Shown: piece after piece, positions 17,323-28,365 of the stretch
Layout of the letters: each line of letters begins with the position of its first letter
How positions within the stretch are numbered: the first letter of the stretch is position 1
Source of the DNA: an uncultured Methanoregulaceae archaeon
Lineage (GTDB): Archaea > Halobacteriota > Methanomicrobia > Methanomicrobiales > Methanospirillaceae
Length of the DNA: 64,000 nucleotides
Assembly (NCBI GenBank): GCA_963737635.1
Contig: CAVTTL010000001.1
Location: 1,056,001 to 1,120,000 of the forward strand
Direction: 5' to 3'
The notes under the pieces: model-generated
The model's input: only the letters and a program-made list of their open reading frames with translations
Database searches by the model: none
Told to the model about the DNA's origin: nothing
Made by a program: the position numbers and the translations under genes

Positions 17323-18468
17323 TGGAAGGCATCATCATCGCCCTTTTAGTCTGCCTCGTGCTCGCGCTGGTCAGCAAATACCTGACCATTCCGGCGATCC
17401 CGTTCTATATTATCGCCGGGGTCGTCCTCGGCCAGGCCGGGCTTGGGATCGTCGCGTCCGACCAGATCAGCAGTTTCTTCTCCAATATGGGGCTGATCTT
17501 CCTGCTCTTTTTTGTCGGCCTTGGTCTTAAGGTCGATAAAATTTCTGAGAACCAGAGGGAGGTGCTCACAAGTGGGATCATCGATCTCAACGTCAACATG
17601 CTCATCGGCTTTGTGGCTGCGTATCTCCTTGGCTTTTCCCTGGTTGAATCGCTCATTGTCGCTGCAGCGTTCTATCAGCTCCAGCACCGCAATGACAGTT
17701 ACTTCTTTAATCGAGAACCGGAAGCTGATGATGAGGGAGTCGGAGACCATCATCTGGCTGATGGTCTTTGAGGATCTTGTGCTCATCGTCGTCCTCGCAT
17801 TCCTTTCGGCCGGTAACGAGAACCTTCTTCTCTTTGCGGTGGAGATCCTCATCGGACTGGCCCTCGTTTATGCGCTTGCCCATTACGGGAAGGAATTTTT
17901 AGTTTCTATCCTCGATCGGGATGACGAGCTCCCGGTTCTTTTCACCTTCGTTGCGGTGGTTGCGACCGCGGGATTTGCCGTGACTGTCGGCGTTCCTGAC
18001 ACCCTGATGGTGATCGCGCTTGGGGCGGCATTTGCGACTACCGACCCGGATGAGTTCGAGCAGCACGCCCGCCCATTCAAGGACGTATTCCTGGTGATCT
18101 TCTTTGTCTTTTTCGGGATCACGATCAACCTTTCCGGGAGCGTCAGCTTTGGTGTGATCGCGATAATCTGTCTCCTTGCGATCGCAAGCAAGCTCATCTC
18201 CGGTGTGCTGACCGGGCTTGCACTGTATGGATCGGCACGATCCGGCCTTGAAATCTGGGCAAACACCATAGGCAGGGGTGAGTTCTCTATCGCGCTCGCC
18301 GCGCTGTACGGGTCTCCCCCGGTTGCTGTCACGATTGCTGTCCTGGTGATTGTAACCTCCCTGGTGGGTTCTTTTGCAGCGAAGTACTCGGGCTCCCTCA
18401 CGCGGGGGTTTGCATCCCGGGGCCGTCGTCACGGCCCCCCTCCACACCGGGTGCATACGGGTCACTAG
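17322..18468 (+). CDS. CPA2 cation:proton antiporter (KhtU-like), frameshift near 17676
   Basis: FLLFFVGL in ORF 17319..17771; SSTA..LMVFEDL..GRGEFSI in ORF 17512..18468. Confidence 0.85.
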
Positions 18469-18587
18469 GCGCCGGCCAGCGTCCCTGTGGGACATTAGCT
18501 CTCCCTGTCCTCTCATTGCGCAGGGTACCTTCGGATCGATAAAATTTTCCTGTGTGGTGCCCTTTCTTTTGACAACACGGGTAATCT

Positions 18588-19296
18588 ATGACAGAGTACC
18601 GGACAGGGTGCATGGTCTGTGGAAAGCCGCTCAGGTATCTTGAGTCTCCCGAGCGCCACGAATGTGCGTACTGCCACAGGGTTCAAGCAACCAATGCCCT
18701 GTGCGTCGATGGACACTTTGTCTGCGACCGCTGCCACAGTCTTGGCGCCGACGATGCAATTGAGCAGGTACTGCGTCCAGACAAAAGAGACCGACCCCGT
18801 CCGGATGGCAATCACCCTGATGCAGAATCCGGTGGTGAACATGCACGGCCCCGAGCATCACTTCCTTGTGCCTGCCGTGCTCCTTGCAGCGTACTGTAAC
18901 GTTACCGGGCAACCGGATCGCAAGGCCAGGCTGATCGCAACAGCGCGGGAACGTTCCGGGATGATCCGGGGCGGTGCCTGCGGTTTTATGGGAGACTGCG
19001 GGGCGGCGGTAGGCACCGGGATCTTCATCTCACTGGTGACCGGCGCGACGCCGCTTTCGCACCGGGAGTGGCAGCAGGCAAACCTTGTGGTGGCAAAAAG
19101 CCTTGAAACGATCGCCATGCATGGCGGGCCGCGCTGCTGCAAGAGAAACACGTTTCTTGCGATACAGGGGGCTGTCGCCTTCGTACGGGATCATCTGGGG
19201 GTGACAATCCCGATCTCCGGGGCCGTCACCTGCCACTTTTACGGCATGAATAAGGAATGCCTGACCCGGGACTGCCCTTTTTATCCTGCCGGCTGA
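18588..19296 (+). CDS. Cys-rich DUF5714-like protein, frameshift near 18764
   Basis: CMVCG..CAYC..GHFVCDRCH, then MHGPEHHFLVP..GGACGFMGDCGAA..GGPRCCKR. Confidence 0.8.
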
Positions 19297-19727
19297 TTTT
19301 TATTTCCCCGCGCTTCGATGATCCGCTCAACGATCAGGCGCGAGCTTGCAAGGTCCCCGTCTGCATATTTCCCAATCCTGACGACCTTGGCCTGAAGCCG
19401 CCGCTCTGCAAGCTCGCTTCGCAGTTTTTCCTCATCGAAATACTGGTTGAACCCGATGGTGATGATATCAGGGCGGATCTCCTCTATGGGGTGGAACATG
19501 TCGGTCCGGTCCCCAAGAATTGCGTGATCGACGGGCTTGAGCGCGGCGATCATCACGAGGCGCTGTTCTTCCGGGAGGACCGGGTGAGGCTTATGCTTCA
19601 CGTTTGCATCCCTGGCTACGATCACGAAGAGCTCATCGCCCAGTTTCTTAGATTCGGAAAGGTAGTAGAGGTGCCCCGGGTGGAGGATGTCAAACGTCCC
19701 GGTGGCAACGACGCGCCGAACAGTCAT
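19281..19727 (-). CDS. ribL: FAD synthase
   Basis: VATGTFDILHPGH cytidylyltransferase-like motif. Confidence 0.88.
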   Translation of the reverse strand: MTVRRVVATGTFDILHPGHLYYLSESKKLGDELFVIVARDANVKHKPHPVLPEEQRLVMIAALKPVDHAILGDRTDMFHPIEEIRPDIITIGFNQYFDEEKLRSELAERRLQAKVVRIGKYADGDLASSRLIVERIIEARGNKNQPAG

Positions 19728-20095
19728 GGGATTACCTCAAGATGGCAGGGCTCCCCCTCCGCATCAAAACATTGCCAATCGTCCTCACGGTACGGGGCAC
19801 CGATGATGAGGTTGTACCTTCCTGCCCTGGGAAAGAAGTTCATGTCCGCATTGGATGGCCTGAGGACGCCGTTTGGGTGGGAGTGGGCGCTCCCCGCAAG
19901 GTGGGTGCCAAGCGGCATCATGTCAAAGAAGATGGAGGCAGATGCACTTCCGGTAATGGTGCCTGGAAGAAGGTTGAGTTCGCTGATTACACCATCCTCC
20001 TCTTTCAGGAGTGCGGCGAACTCCTTGGGGTGGTTATTCCTGCCCAGTTCGAGCAGCAGTGAGAGAAGATCTTTTTTGATTCCGCGGATGGTCAT
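19724..20095 (-). CDS. JAMM/MPN (Mov34) metalloprotease
   Basis: HPKEF..GSAHSHPNGVLRPSNAD. Confidence 0.9.
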   Translation of the reverse strand: MTIRGIKKDLLSLLLELGRNNHPKEFAALLKEEDGVISELNLLPGTITGSASASIFFDMMPLGTHLAGSAHSHPNGVLRPSNADMNFFPRAGRYNLIIGAPYREDDWQCFDAEGEPCHLEVIP

Positions 20096-20274
20096 GGTCG
20101 CACACGAAAAAAGCGTTCCGGCGCTTGTACCGATCCATTCGTTCTGGTATGCAAAAAATGAATCGCAACATACTCGGAAGGGTTGGACCAGTCCTGATTC
20201 GCCCCTTTGGGCTTATTGACAACCCGGGAACGCTCTGGCTGCAGGGTTTGAACAGATCGTGGTCAAAAAAATAT

Positions 20275-20976
20275 TCAGGAAGACGATCCTGTCTGGCTCC
20301 TGAACCATTTCAAGAAGGCCGCGATAAGATCGCTGTCCTTCTGGTCCTGTGCCTGGTTCGCGCTGCTTTCCTGCTGTAGACCTGCCCTATCGTTGTTCCC
20401 GTTCTGGTTCTGGCTTTCGTTTGCGGTGCTGTTATCGAGATGGTGCCAGGAATGGGTCATATTTCCGTTTACCGGTTCGGGTGCGGTAAGGTTCCCCCCG
20501 GGGCCGGTAACGTTTCCTCCGCCGGGCCAGCCCATGGTGGCTGCACCTTGTGCTGTCCAGTTGTTCTCATCGGTGGTATTGCCGTCAAACGGCGGGTGGT
20601 CAAACGCCATCGCGTCTGCAGTTGAATTATCCGGCCCATACCAGGTCATGTTACCTATAGGCGTCATGTTCATCGCCATCTGGCCTGTCATGTTTCCGAA
20701 GGTGCCTCCGGGCGGGCCCTGATGCCCACTCTGGCCATTATCGTTCGTTCCTTGGTTCGCATTCTGCCCGTTGGCTGGCATCAGATTCCCTTGGCCGCTA
20801 CCTGCGTCCTGATTCGCGGGACCGCCCTGTGCCATTCTCTGCGTGAATCCTCCCTGACCAAGAGAGTTTCCTTGGCCGGGTCCCCCTCCGGGCCCTGCTG
20901 CTGCAGCCCCGGATACCATAAGCATGGCCGCACACAACAGGACCGAAAGAAGTCCAATCCTCTGTATTAGGTTCAT
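20275..20976 (-). CDS. Secreted low-complexity Gly/Gln/Asn-rich protein
   Basis: Signal peptide followed by many N-x-S/T sequons. Confidence 0.7.
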   Translation of the reverse strand: MNLIQRIGLLSVLLCAAMLMVSGAAAAGPGGGPGQGNSLGQGGFTQRMAQGGPANQDAGSGQGNLMPANGQNANQGTNDNGQSGHQGPPGGTFGNMTGQMAMNMTPIGNMTWYGPDNSTADAMAFDHPPFDGNTTDENNWTAQGAATMGWPGGGNVTGPGGNLTAPEPVNGNMTHSWHHLDNSTANESQNQNGNNDRAGLQQESSANQAQDQKDSDLIAAFLKWFRSQTGSSS

Positions 20977-21225
20977 CGTGTATGTCTCCCTAAGGCGAAC
21001 CGCTTTTTCCCTGCGGTCTCCCTGCACGCCTTATTTTGTGGGAAGGGTATAAATTGGAATTACGCCCGGGGTCAAATACTTGCAAAAAATATGACAATGA
21101 TTGTACTGGAAAGTTAACTATATCCGCCAAGCATTTCTCTCCCAAACAGGTAAGAACCCTGAAGTCCGGGAAAATCTCTCAAAAAATGTGGGCTTTCCTT
21201 TTCAGGGAAAGGATGGATCGGCAGC

Positions 21226-21507
21226 TTACTTCTTGCCGGTCACTTTGATAATGTGGTAACCGAACTGGGTCTTGACCGGTCCGATAACAGCGCCCTGTTC
21301 TGCGGGAAATGCTGCCTGCTCGAACTCCGGGACCATTTGTCCCTTGCCAAACCAGCCTAGGTCGCCCCCGTTCTTTTTTGAGGGGCAGGAAGAGAATCGC
21401 TTCGCAACTGCGGCAAAATCCTCACCTTCGTTGATCCGTTTTAAGAGCCTGTTTGCATCGTCCTCTTTCGTCACGAGGATATGGGATGCTCGTATCTGTG
21501 TAGTCAT
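21226..21507 (-). CDS. ppiC: Parvulin-type peptidyl-prolyl isomerase
   Basis: IRASHILV..GGDLGWF..MVPEFEQAAF..TQFGYHII. Confidence 0.92.
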   Translation of the reverse strand: MTTQIRASHILVTKEDDANRLLKRINEGEDFAAVAKRFSSCPSKKNGGDLGWFGKGQMVPEFEQAAFPAEQGAVIGPVKTQFGYHIIKVTGKK

Positions 21508-21559
21508 ATATATTAATAGGGTTTTTCGGATAAAAGAGTTAAGAAAGAGAACAGACCGG

Positions 21560-22971
21560 TTAAAACTCGCCGTCCTGTTCGAAACTCCTACCGTACCGGA
21601 TCGCAAGTTCTGCCTTGTAGAGTTCCCTGCCGAGATATCCGGCATGGTCGAGAAGCGAGATGTGATCTTCCGAAATCAGGGTAAAGAGAATATCCTGCCA
21701 CCGGGTTCCCTTCACGGCTTTCCCTTGGATCTCTGCAACAATCTGATCACCTTCAATGCCGATCCGGAAGTTGCCCTTCGGGTCGTAGGCGATCTCATCG
21801 GGCATTGTTTTTGCGGTGGTTGCGGTCTCGTATTCCAGTGGCGGCTCGTGCCTCCGGCGCTTCTCCTTGAGCACCAGCAGATCGATCCCGAGGTCCTTTG
21901 CGTATGGCCGGTCCCGGGCAAGTATCATCATCTCCGTTGCCCTTCGCATCTCCTTTATCGAGCCATGGGTCTTGTCCGAGTGTTCGCTGGTGAAAATGAT
22001 TGAGGCACCAACTTCCTGTGCCATACCGGCAAGGAGCGCATTTAAGCCGATAGAGTCTGCGTCAAGAAGCTCTGCCACGTTTCCCGCACCAAAGAACTGC
22101 GGGCAACCATAATCCCTGAACTGCGCGAGAGATGCAACAAGTCCTGAACCGACCGGCTGGAGAAGAGGATCTGCGATAATACAGATAATCCCGCGCGCCG
22201 GGCCCGGGCAATATTGGTTTTGAGGGTCTTCTGTCCGGGTACAACGACCGCTGCGGCCCCGGCCCGGCTTATCTCGTTACCGATATGGGGGATGTTTTTT
22301 TCCTGCAGTGAGAGTACAAGGTCGGCCCGGAAGAGCGCCGCTCGGATCAGCGCGGGGTCCTGCGTGTCCACAGCGAGCGGGCGGTCGAGATCTGCAAGTT
22401 CGTCGAAGATCCGTTTTACCTCTTCTGGTGTCGCGTCGAAACCAAAGCCAAGATCGACGATATCTGCTCCAGCCCGGAAATAGTGTTCTGCACGCGCCCG
22501 GATATCCTCTACCCGGTGAGCATCCATGATCTCGGCGAGCACTTTCATCCGTGAATTCCCGCCGATCTTCAAACCCCGGATCATAAACTCCGGCTCTGCC
22601 CTGTTTTCAGCTGCTGCCACCCGATCCATCGCGTCCTGTGCGTTTTTTGCGGCAAGGAAATCATCGGCAGGGATCGTGCGCGAGAGCTGGCCGGTTTTTA
22701 TGAGCGGGAGAACCCATTCGAGGTCTGCAGCATGCCTGGGGCCTCGGTATATGGGCACCCCGGTATCGTGCTCGATCTGCTCAAACGGGACCGTGCACAT
22801 CCCCGAGACTATTACGGCGTCATACGTGCCGTTTTGGATCAGGTTCCTGAGGGCGTGAGGCGTAAGAAACGAAGCTATCTTCCCGGTCACCACTACATCG
22901 GCGTCGAACCCGGCCGCTGCCCGGCGAACGGTCTCTGCAGTGGTGGCACCGGTAGGTAGGAGAATACGCAT
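21560..22971 (-). CDS. Dihydropteroate synthase-like protein, frameshift near 22190
   Basis: KVLAEIMDA..GADIVDLG in ORF 22042..23043; ELLDADSIGLN..LDHAGYLGRELYKAE in ORF 21560..22078. Confidence 0.85.
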
Positions 22972-23012
22972 ACGTTTTCTTAATACCAGTGAGATAAAAA
23001 TACTATGATCAG

Positions 23013-23690
23013 ATGCTGACCTGCGACCTGCATGTTCATACAAATTTTTCCAAGGATGGCGAGAGCAGTGTCGAAGAGATTCTCCGCCAGGCGGAGGCGG
23101 TCGGGCTCGACGTAATTGCCATCACGGACCACGATTGTATCGACGGGGCAAAAAAGGCACTCGCATACCCCACTTCGCTCCTTGTCATCCCCGGGATCGA
23201 GGTCTCGACTAAACAGGGACACCTGCTGGTGCTCGGGGTAACCGAAGTCATTCCTGCCGGTCTTGACGTTCAGGAGACCGTAAGGATCGCCCGGCGTATG
23301 GGGGCACTGGTGATCCTCCCCCACCCGTATCACGTATGGCGCCACGGTGTTGCCCGGAGGGTCCGGGCAGCGATGAACATCGTGGATGCAGTCGAAGCGT
23401 TCAACAGCCGTTATATCGTGGGGTCGGCAAACCGGAAGGCAGGCCGGATCGCGGCACGGTTAAACAAACCCTGTGTCGGGGGAAGTGATGCACACAATGC
23501 ACGGTTCGTGGGCTTCGGCAGGACGTTTGTCGAGGCAGAGCCGGATATGCATGCCATCTTTGCTGCTATCCGGAAGGGGCAGGTTTCCTGTGGCGGGAGA
23601 AAGACGCCCCTTCGTACGTATACCCGCCAATCGCTGAATAACACATGGAGAAAGATCAAGAGGCTAACCCGGCGGTTCCGCGTCCGGTAA
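23013..23690 (+). CDS. PHP-domain metal-dependent phosphoesterase
   Basis: DLHVHT, AITDHD, GGSDAH. Confidence 0.9.
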   Translation: MLTCDLHVHTNFSKDGESSVEEILRQAEAVGLDVIAITDHDCIDGAKKALAYPTSLLVIPGIEVSTKQGHLLVLGVTEVIPAGLDVQETVRIARRMGALVILPHPYHVWRHGVARRVRAAMNIVDAVEAFNSRYIVGSANRKAGRIAARLNKPCVGGSDAHNARFVGFGRTFVEAEPDMHAIFAAIRKGQVSCGGRKTPLRTYTRQSLNNTWRKIKRLTRRFRVR

Positions 23691-24487
23691 GGCTTGCATG
23701 CCGGGTCTCGTACCTGGGTACCCGGTTCTATGGCTCGCAGCAGCAGGAGTCCAGCTGTACGGTCGAAGGCGAATTCATCGCCGCGTGCCGGCGTCTCGAC
23801 CTTTTTTCTGACTGGAGGTCTGCGGGTTTTTGTTCTGCGGGAAGGACTGATCGTGGAGTGCATGCATGTGGTCAGGTTGTTGCTTTTACCACGACCTGTC
23901 CCGATCGCGCCAGGCAGGCACTCAACAACCAGCTGCCGCCCGATATCTGGTGCACGGCCTCAGCGGAAGTGCCCGATACCTTCCATCCCCGGTACGATGC
24001 CCGGTCACGCACGTACCGGTATTATTATTCCAGTGAGATACGCGACCTGCAGGCAATGGAAGCGGCAGCCAGGGTGTTCCTTGGCGAGCACAACTTCTCA
24101 AACCTGTCCCGTGTTGGCGGTAAAAACCCGTGGCGGAAGATCCTTGGGGTCCGGACCGGGAATGACGGGCGTTTTGTGTATCTTGAAGTCACGGCGGAAA
24201 GTTTTCTCTGGCACCAGGTACGGTGCATGGCAACTGCGCTTTATTCAGTTGGGATAGGTGAGCTGGATACAGAAGAGATCCAGTTACTGCTCAACGAAAC
24301 GACAAACCGGCCAATCCCGCCAGCTCCGGCGGAAGGGCTGGTGCTCTGGGACACGGATTGCGGGATCGCGTGGGAGCCGATCGAACAGAGCGATCGCAGC
24401 GCCACGTATTGTGCCGGACTCCAGCGGCACCACGCGCTTATGGAACAGATGTGCCAGGTGCTCAGGCCGGAAGACCTGAAGCGCTAG
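23645..24487 (+). CDS. truA: tRNA pseudouridine(38-40) synthase
   Basis: AGRTDRGVHA, FHPRYDARSRTYRY, SFLWHQVR. Confidence 0.93.
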   Translation: MEKDQEANPAVPRPVRLACRVSYLGTRFYGSQQQESSCTVEGEFIAACRRLDLFSDWRSAGFCSAGRTDRGVHACGQVVAFTTTCPDRARQALNNQLPPDIWCTASAEVPDTFHPRYDARSRTYRYYYSSEIRDLQAMEAAARVFLGEHNFSNLSRVGGKNPWRKILGVRTGNDGRFVYLEVTAESFLWHQVRCMATALYSVGIGELDTEEIQLLLNETTNRPIPPAPAEGLVLWDTDCGIAWEPIEQSDRSATYCAGLQRHHALMEQMCQVLRPEDLKR

Positions 24488-24495
24488 GCCGGGTT

Positions 24496-25714
24496 TTAAA
24501 ATTCCCGGGCACAACCACTTGCGATCGCCGCTTCCTTCACAGCTCCCGCCACGGCTTTAACTACGTCCCGGTTCAGTACCCGGGGCAGGATACGATCCCG
24601 TCGGGGACGTTTTACGTACCCGGCAAGGGCATGGGCTGCGGCGATTTTCATTTCATCTGAGATCCGGGTCGCGCACACGTCCAGGGCGCCCCGGAAGATG
24701 CCAGGGAAGGCTAAGGCATAGTTGATCTGGTTAGGGTAGTCGCTCCGGGCTGTACCAACCACACCCGCCCCTGCCTGGAGGGCATCTTTTGGCAGGATCT
24801 CGGGAAGAGGGCTTGCCAGCGCAAAGATGATCGGATCGTCCGCCATTGTCCGGATCATGGCAGGCGTTACGATCCCTGGTACCGAGACGCCGATACAGGC
24901 ATCTGCCCCCTCCATCGCGTCGGAAAGGGTGCCGGTACGGCCGACCCGGTTGGTCTCTTCGGCGATGATGAACTTGTACTTGTTTTTGTACAAACCCTCC
25001 CGCTCCCGGTGGATGATACCCTGTGTATCGCAGACGATGATGTCGTTCACACTGGGAAAAAGACCGGGGTCGTAGCCGATATGCCGGAGCATGCGGGTAA
25101 TGGCAAAGCCTGCCGCTCCGGCTCCGCAGATAACGACATTCAAGTCTTCGAACCGCTTGTTTGTTACCCGGCACGCATTGAGCAGCGCTGCGAGGACTAC
25201 TACCGCCGTCCCATGCTGGTCATCGTGCATCACCGGTATCCCGATCCCCTGCAGAGCCTCTTCGAGCTCGAAGCACTTGGGTGCTGCGATGTCCTCGAGC
25301 GCGATTCCGCCAAAGACCGGCGCGATGTTCCTGACATCATCTGCAAACTCGGTGTGGTAACTCTCAAAACAGACAGGGAATGCGTCGATACCGGCGAAGT
25401 TTCTTGAAGATAAGGGCTTTTCCCTCCATCACAGGAATGGCTGCATATCCCCCGATGTTCCCGAGTGAGAGCACACGGGAACCATCCGATACGATCGCGA
25501 TGGTGTTGGCCTTAAGCGTGTACTTCCAGGCGAGTTTTGGGTCTTTTGCGATCTCTTTTGAGACCGCGCCGACACCGGGGGTATAGGCAAGAGAGAGGTC
25601 CCGCCGGTTTTTCAGCCTGACTTTTGAGTGCACCTCAATTTTCCCGCGGTATTTCTCGTGGAACGCGAGGGACTCTGCGTAGATGTTCAGCCGCTTTTTT
25701 CTCTGTCCGGTCAT
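24496..25714 (-). CDS. NAD(P)-dependent malic enzyme, frameshift near 25399
   Basis: LAYTPGV, MEGKALIFK, LEDIAAPKCF, HDDQHGTA, GAGAAG. Confidence 0.88.
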
Positions 25715-25819
25715 CAAGGCTTCACATCACTCATTCAATGGTGGCAGCGATGCATGATGAAACTTTTTGTGAGGATTTCTAGGAATGCTTTCGTGATGAG
25801 GCAGAGCGTCGGCAGGTCT

Positions 25820-26251
25820 TTATCTCGGCAGTCCCTTTCCGAAGATTTCATCGATCCACGAGCAGATCGCATCCCGCACTCTCCGGTAACCGTCGAGGAT
25901 TTCCGTATCGGTTCCGGGGGTGAGGTGGGGATCGGGAAATCCGTGATGAATGGTTTTTTTCGCCGAGGGGACAACAGGGCAGACCGCCCGGGCATTATCA
26001 CAAAGCGTGACGGCGAGATCCAAGGGGACGCCGTTAAACGTTTCGAGCGGTTTTGGCCGGTGACCTGAAATATCGATTCCAATCTCCTGCATCACTTGGA
26101 TTGCACGGGAGCTTACCTGTCCTGAAGGACGAAACCCAGCCGAGAAGGCCTCGTAGCGGTCGCTATATTTGGCTTTAAGGTAACCTTCTGCCATCTGGGA
26201 ACGAGCTGCGTTTGCGGTGCAGATGAAAAGGATGCGGGGCTTGCCGGTCAT
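25820..26251 (-). CDS. arsC: Arsenate reductase / LMW phosphatase family
   Basis: ILFICTANAARSQMAEG, FPDP. Confidence 0.85.
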   Translation of the reverse strand: MTGKPRILFICTANAARSQMAEGYLKAKYSDRYEAFSAGFRPSGQVSSRAIQVMQEIGIDISGHRPKPLETFNGVPLDLAVTLCDNARAVCPVVPSAKKTIHHGFPDPHLTPGTDTEILDGYRRVRDAICSWIDEIFGKGLPR

Positions 26252-26472
26252 ATATGTCAGCTTACGAATAATCGTACGCTGATCCTATACTTCTTTTCCC
26301 GTTAAAAAACCCGGTATTCTGGGTACACAGGAGTCCTCATGGATTGCCGGTCTTCCGGTTCTTGCAGATCCGTCTTCGGTAAGCTACCGTATTTTTGCTT
26401 TAGCGGTATAGTATTCGCTCAAGACTGCAGCGGCGGAAGGGTAGTGTTTTTGTCCATGGTTATACCCCCTCC

Positions 26473-27837
26473 TTATTGTCGCGAAAATGCCGCCGCAGCA
26501 GCGACAAAACGCCGGCAGAACGCATCGGAAAAATATGCATGGGTATATGCGCCGATTGCCGAATGTTCTGTCAGCCCATCGTTACCGTCCATGATGCCGG
26601 CTCCCTGCCCGAGCCGGATCGCAAAGTGTCCTCCAGGGTCGCATTCGATCCGCGAGTAATGGAACTCGTGACCTCTGACAGCCATGGTTCCTGTCCAGAG
26701 GCCGGCTCTCTTTTGGAACCTCCCGTGAACGTATCCGAGAGCTTGAAGTTTTTTTGTCATAACGACCCGGGCCGGCAATATGTCCAGCATCGTATGTTTT
26801 TTATCCGTTTCGAGGGATTTACAGAGGTACATGAGGCCGCCGCATTCCCCGTATACCGGCATACCTCCCATTATCCGGTCGCGGAGATAACGCCTAGACC
26901 GTGAGCGTGCAAGCGTTGCTGCATGGAGCTCGGGATACCCACCGCCGATATAGACGGCATCACATGCCGGCTGCACATCTGCGAGAGGTGAGAAATACCG
27001 GATCTCTGCCCCGGCACGAATGAGACGGTCCAGATTATCCTGGTAATAGAAACAGAATGCATCGTCATAGGCGACCCCGATGACCGCACGGGGATGAGGT
27101 GAAGGAGACCCCTGTGCGATGCCCTGCGGAACCTTAAGCGGCGGGGCAGCCTCAGCTACGGTGAGTATCTGATCAAGATCGCACGATTCCTGTATCAGGT
27201 GCCCAAAAGCCTTCATCGCCGGGGACTCATGCGCCATCAGGAGGCCGAGGTGCCTGCTCTTTACTTCACACTCCTGGTGCCGGGGCACCCATCCCAGTGC
27301 GGGCAGGACTTCTTCCTGCGCAATCATCGCCCGGTGCCGGTCGCTCCCGATCCGGTTGTAGATGATGCCGGCAATCATAACCCGGGGATCGAAGTCCTTA
27401 AAACCCCGGATTACCGCGTGGATACTGCGCGAGACCGCATGTGCATCGACAACCAAGATGACCGGGGCTTTCAGGATCCGGGCCACGTGAGCTGCACTTG
27501 CAATATCTGTTCCACCGGTGCCATCAAACATCCCCATGGCCCCTTCGATCACAGCAATATCCGCGCCTGCCGTTGCATCGGTAAAGGTCCGCAGGATCCC
27601 GGTCTCTCCCATCATACAAAAGTCGAGGTTCCTTGACGCCCTGCTGCAGATGAGTGTATGGTGGGAGGGATCGATAAAGTCCGGCCCGGTTTTGAACGGC
27701 TGGACGTCAAGGCCACGGGCCACGAGGGCAGCCATCAGCCCGCTTGCGATCGTCGTCTTGCCGCAACCGCTGTGCGTGCCGGCGATTACGACCCTGGGGA
27801 TCTCTACTTGCATTATGATGGTGTTTGCCGGCCTCAC
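26473..27837 (-). CDS. cbiA: Cobyrinate a,c-diamide synthase family (CbiA/CfbB-like)
   Basis: GTHSGCGKTT, FKTGPDFIDP, GGYPEL, YGECGGLMYL, GHEFHYS; start may be ~27813. Confidence 0.88.
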   Translation of the reverse strand: MRPANTIIMQVEIPRVVIAGTHSGCGKTTIASGLMAALVARGLDVQPFKTGPDFIDPSHHTLICSRASRNLDFCMMGETGILRTFTDATAGADIAVIEGAMGMFDGTGGTDIASAAHVARILKAPVILVVDAHAVSRSIHAVIRGFKDFDPRVMIAGIIYNRIGSDRHRAMIAQEEVLPALGWVPRHQECEVKSRHLGLLMAHESPAMKAFGHLIQESCDLDQILTVAEAAPPLKVPQGIAQGSPSPHPRAVIGVAYDDAFCFYYQDNLDRLIRAGAEIRYFSPLADVQPACDAVYIGGGYPELHAATLARSRSRRYLRDRIMGGMPVYGECGGLMYLCKSLETDKKHTMLDILPARVVMTKKLQALGYVHGRFQKRAGLWTGTMAVRGHEFHYSRIECDPGGHFAIRLGQGAGIMDGNDGLTEHSAIGAYTHAYFSDAFCRRFVAAAAAFSRQ

Positions 27838-27935
27838 GGGTATATCTTATTATGCATCCGGCATGGGTTCGGTGGCATGCGGGTTACGTGGTTATCTTCC
27901 TGGTAATTTGCTAAAAAAAAGAAGTTGTTTTCCGG

Positions 27936-28265
27936 TCATGAAGTTACGTTTGCGGCCTGGCACCCTTCTCCTCGGAAGAGTGCCCATTCCTCGCAGGTGG
28001 TGCCATTCGAGAACGTACACATGCCGTACTGGCTGCCGTCCGGGTTCGTTATGATCTGTGTTGTTCCCCCGATATTGCCACAGTTGACCGAAGCCGGGTT
28101 AGCCATACCGCTTGATCCGGTCTGTACAGCCTGAGGTGTCGTCGGGGCTGCAGCCAGGGTGGTTGTTGTCGGTACAGTTGAGGACGGCTGGGTACATCCG
28201 GCGATGATGATGCCGGCTGCTACACAGAGTCCAAGCACAAGAACTACAGAAGATCTCGATGTCAT
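27936..28265 (-). CDS. DUF333 lipoprotein
   Basis: IAGC lipobox, GMANPASVNC..GMC..CEEWALFRGEGC. Confidence 0.88.
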   Translation of the reverse strand: MTSRSSVVLVLGLCVAAGIIIAGCTQPSSTVPTTTTLAAAPTTPQAVQTGSSGMANPASVNCGNIGGTTQIITNPDGSQYGMCTFSNGTTCEEWALFRGEGCQAANVTS

Positions 28266-28365
28266 GATCCAAATCGGTAACCGTTTTAGCTGCAGGTATT
28301 AAAAAAGATTGTATTGAATTCCTGAATCTGCCCCGTTTTCCGAATTTTATCATCATTCAGGGGCT

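Noticed and set aside
26330-26460. GGAGG plus ATG after cbiA giving MDKNTTLPPLQS*
   Set aside because: Very short and interrupted; at most an unassignable gene fragment
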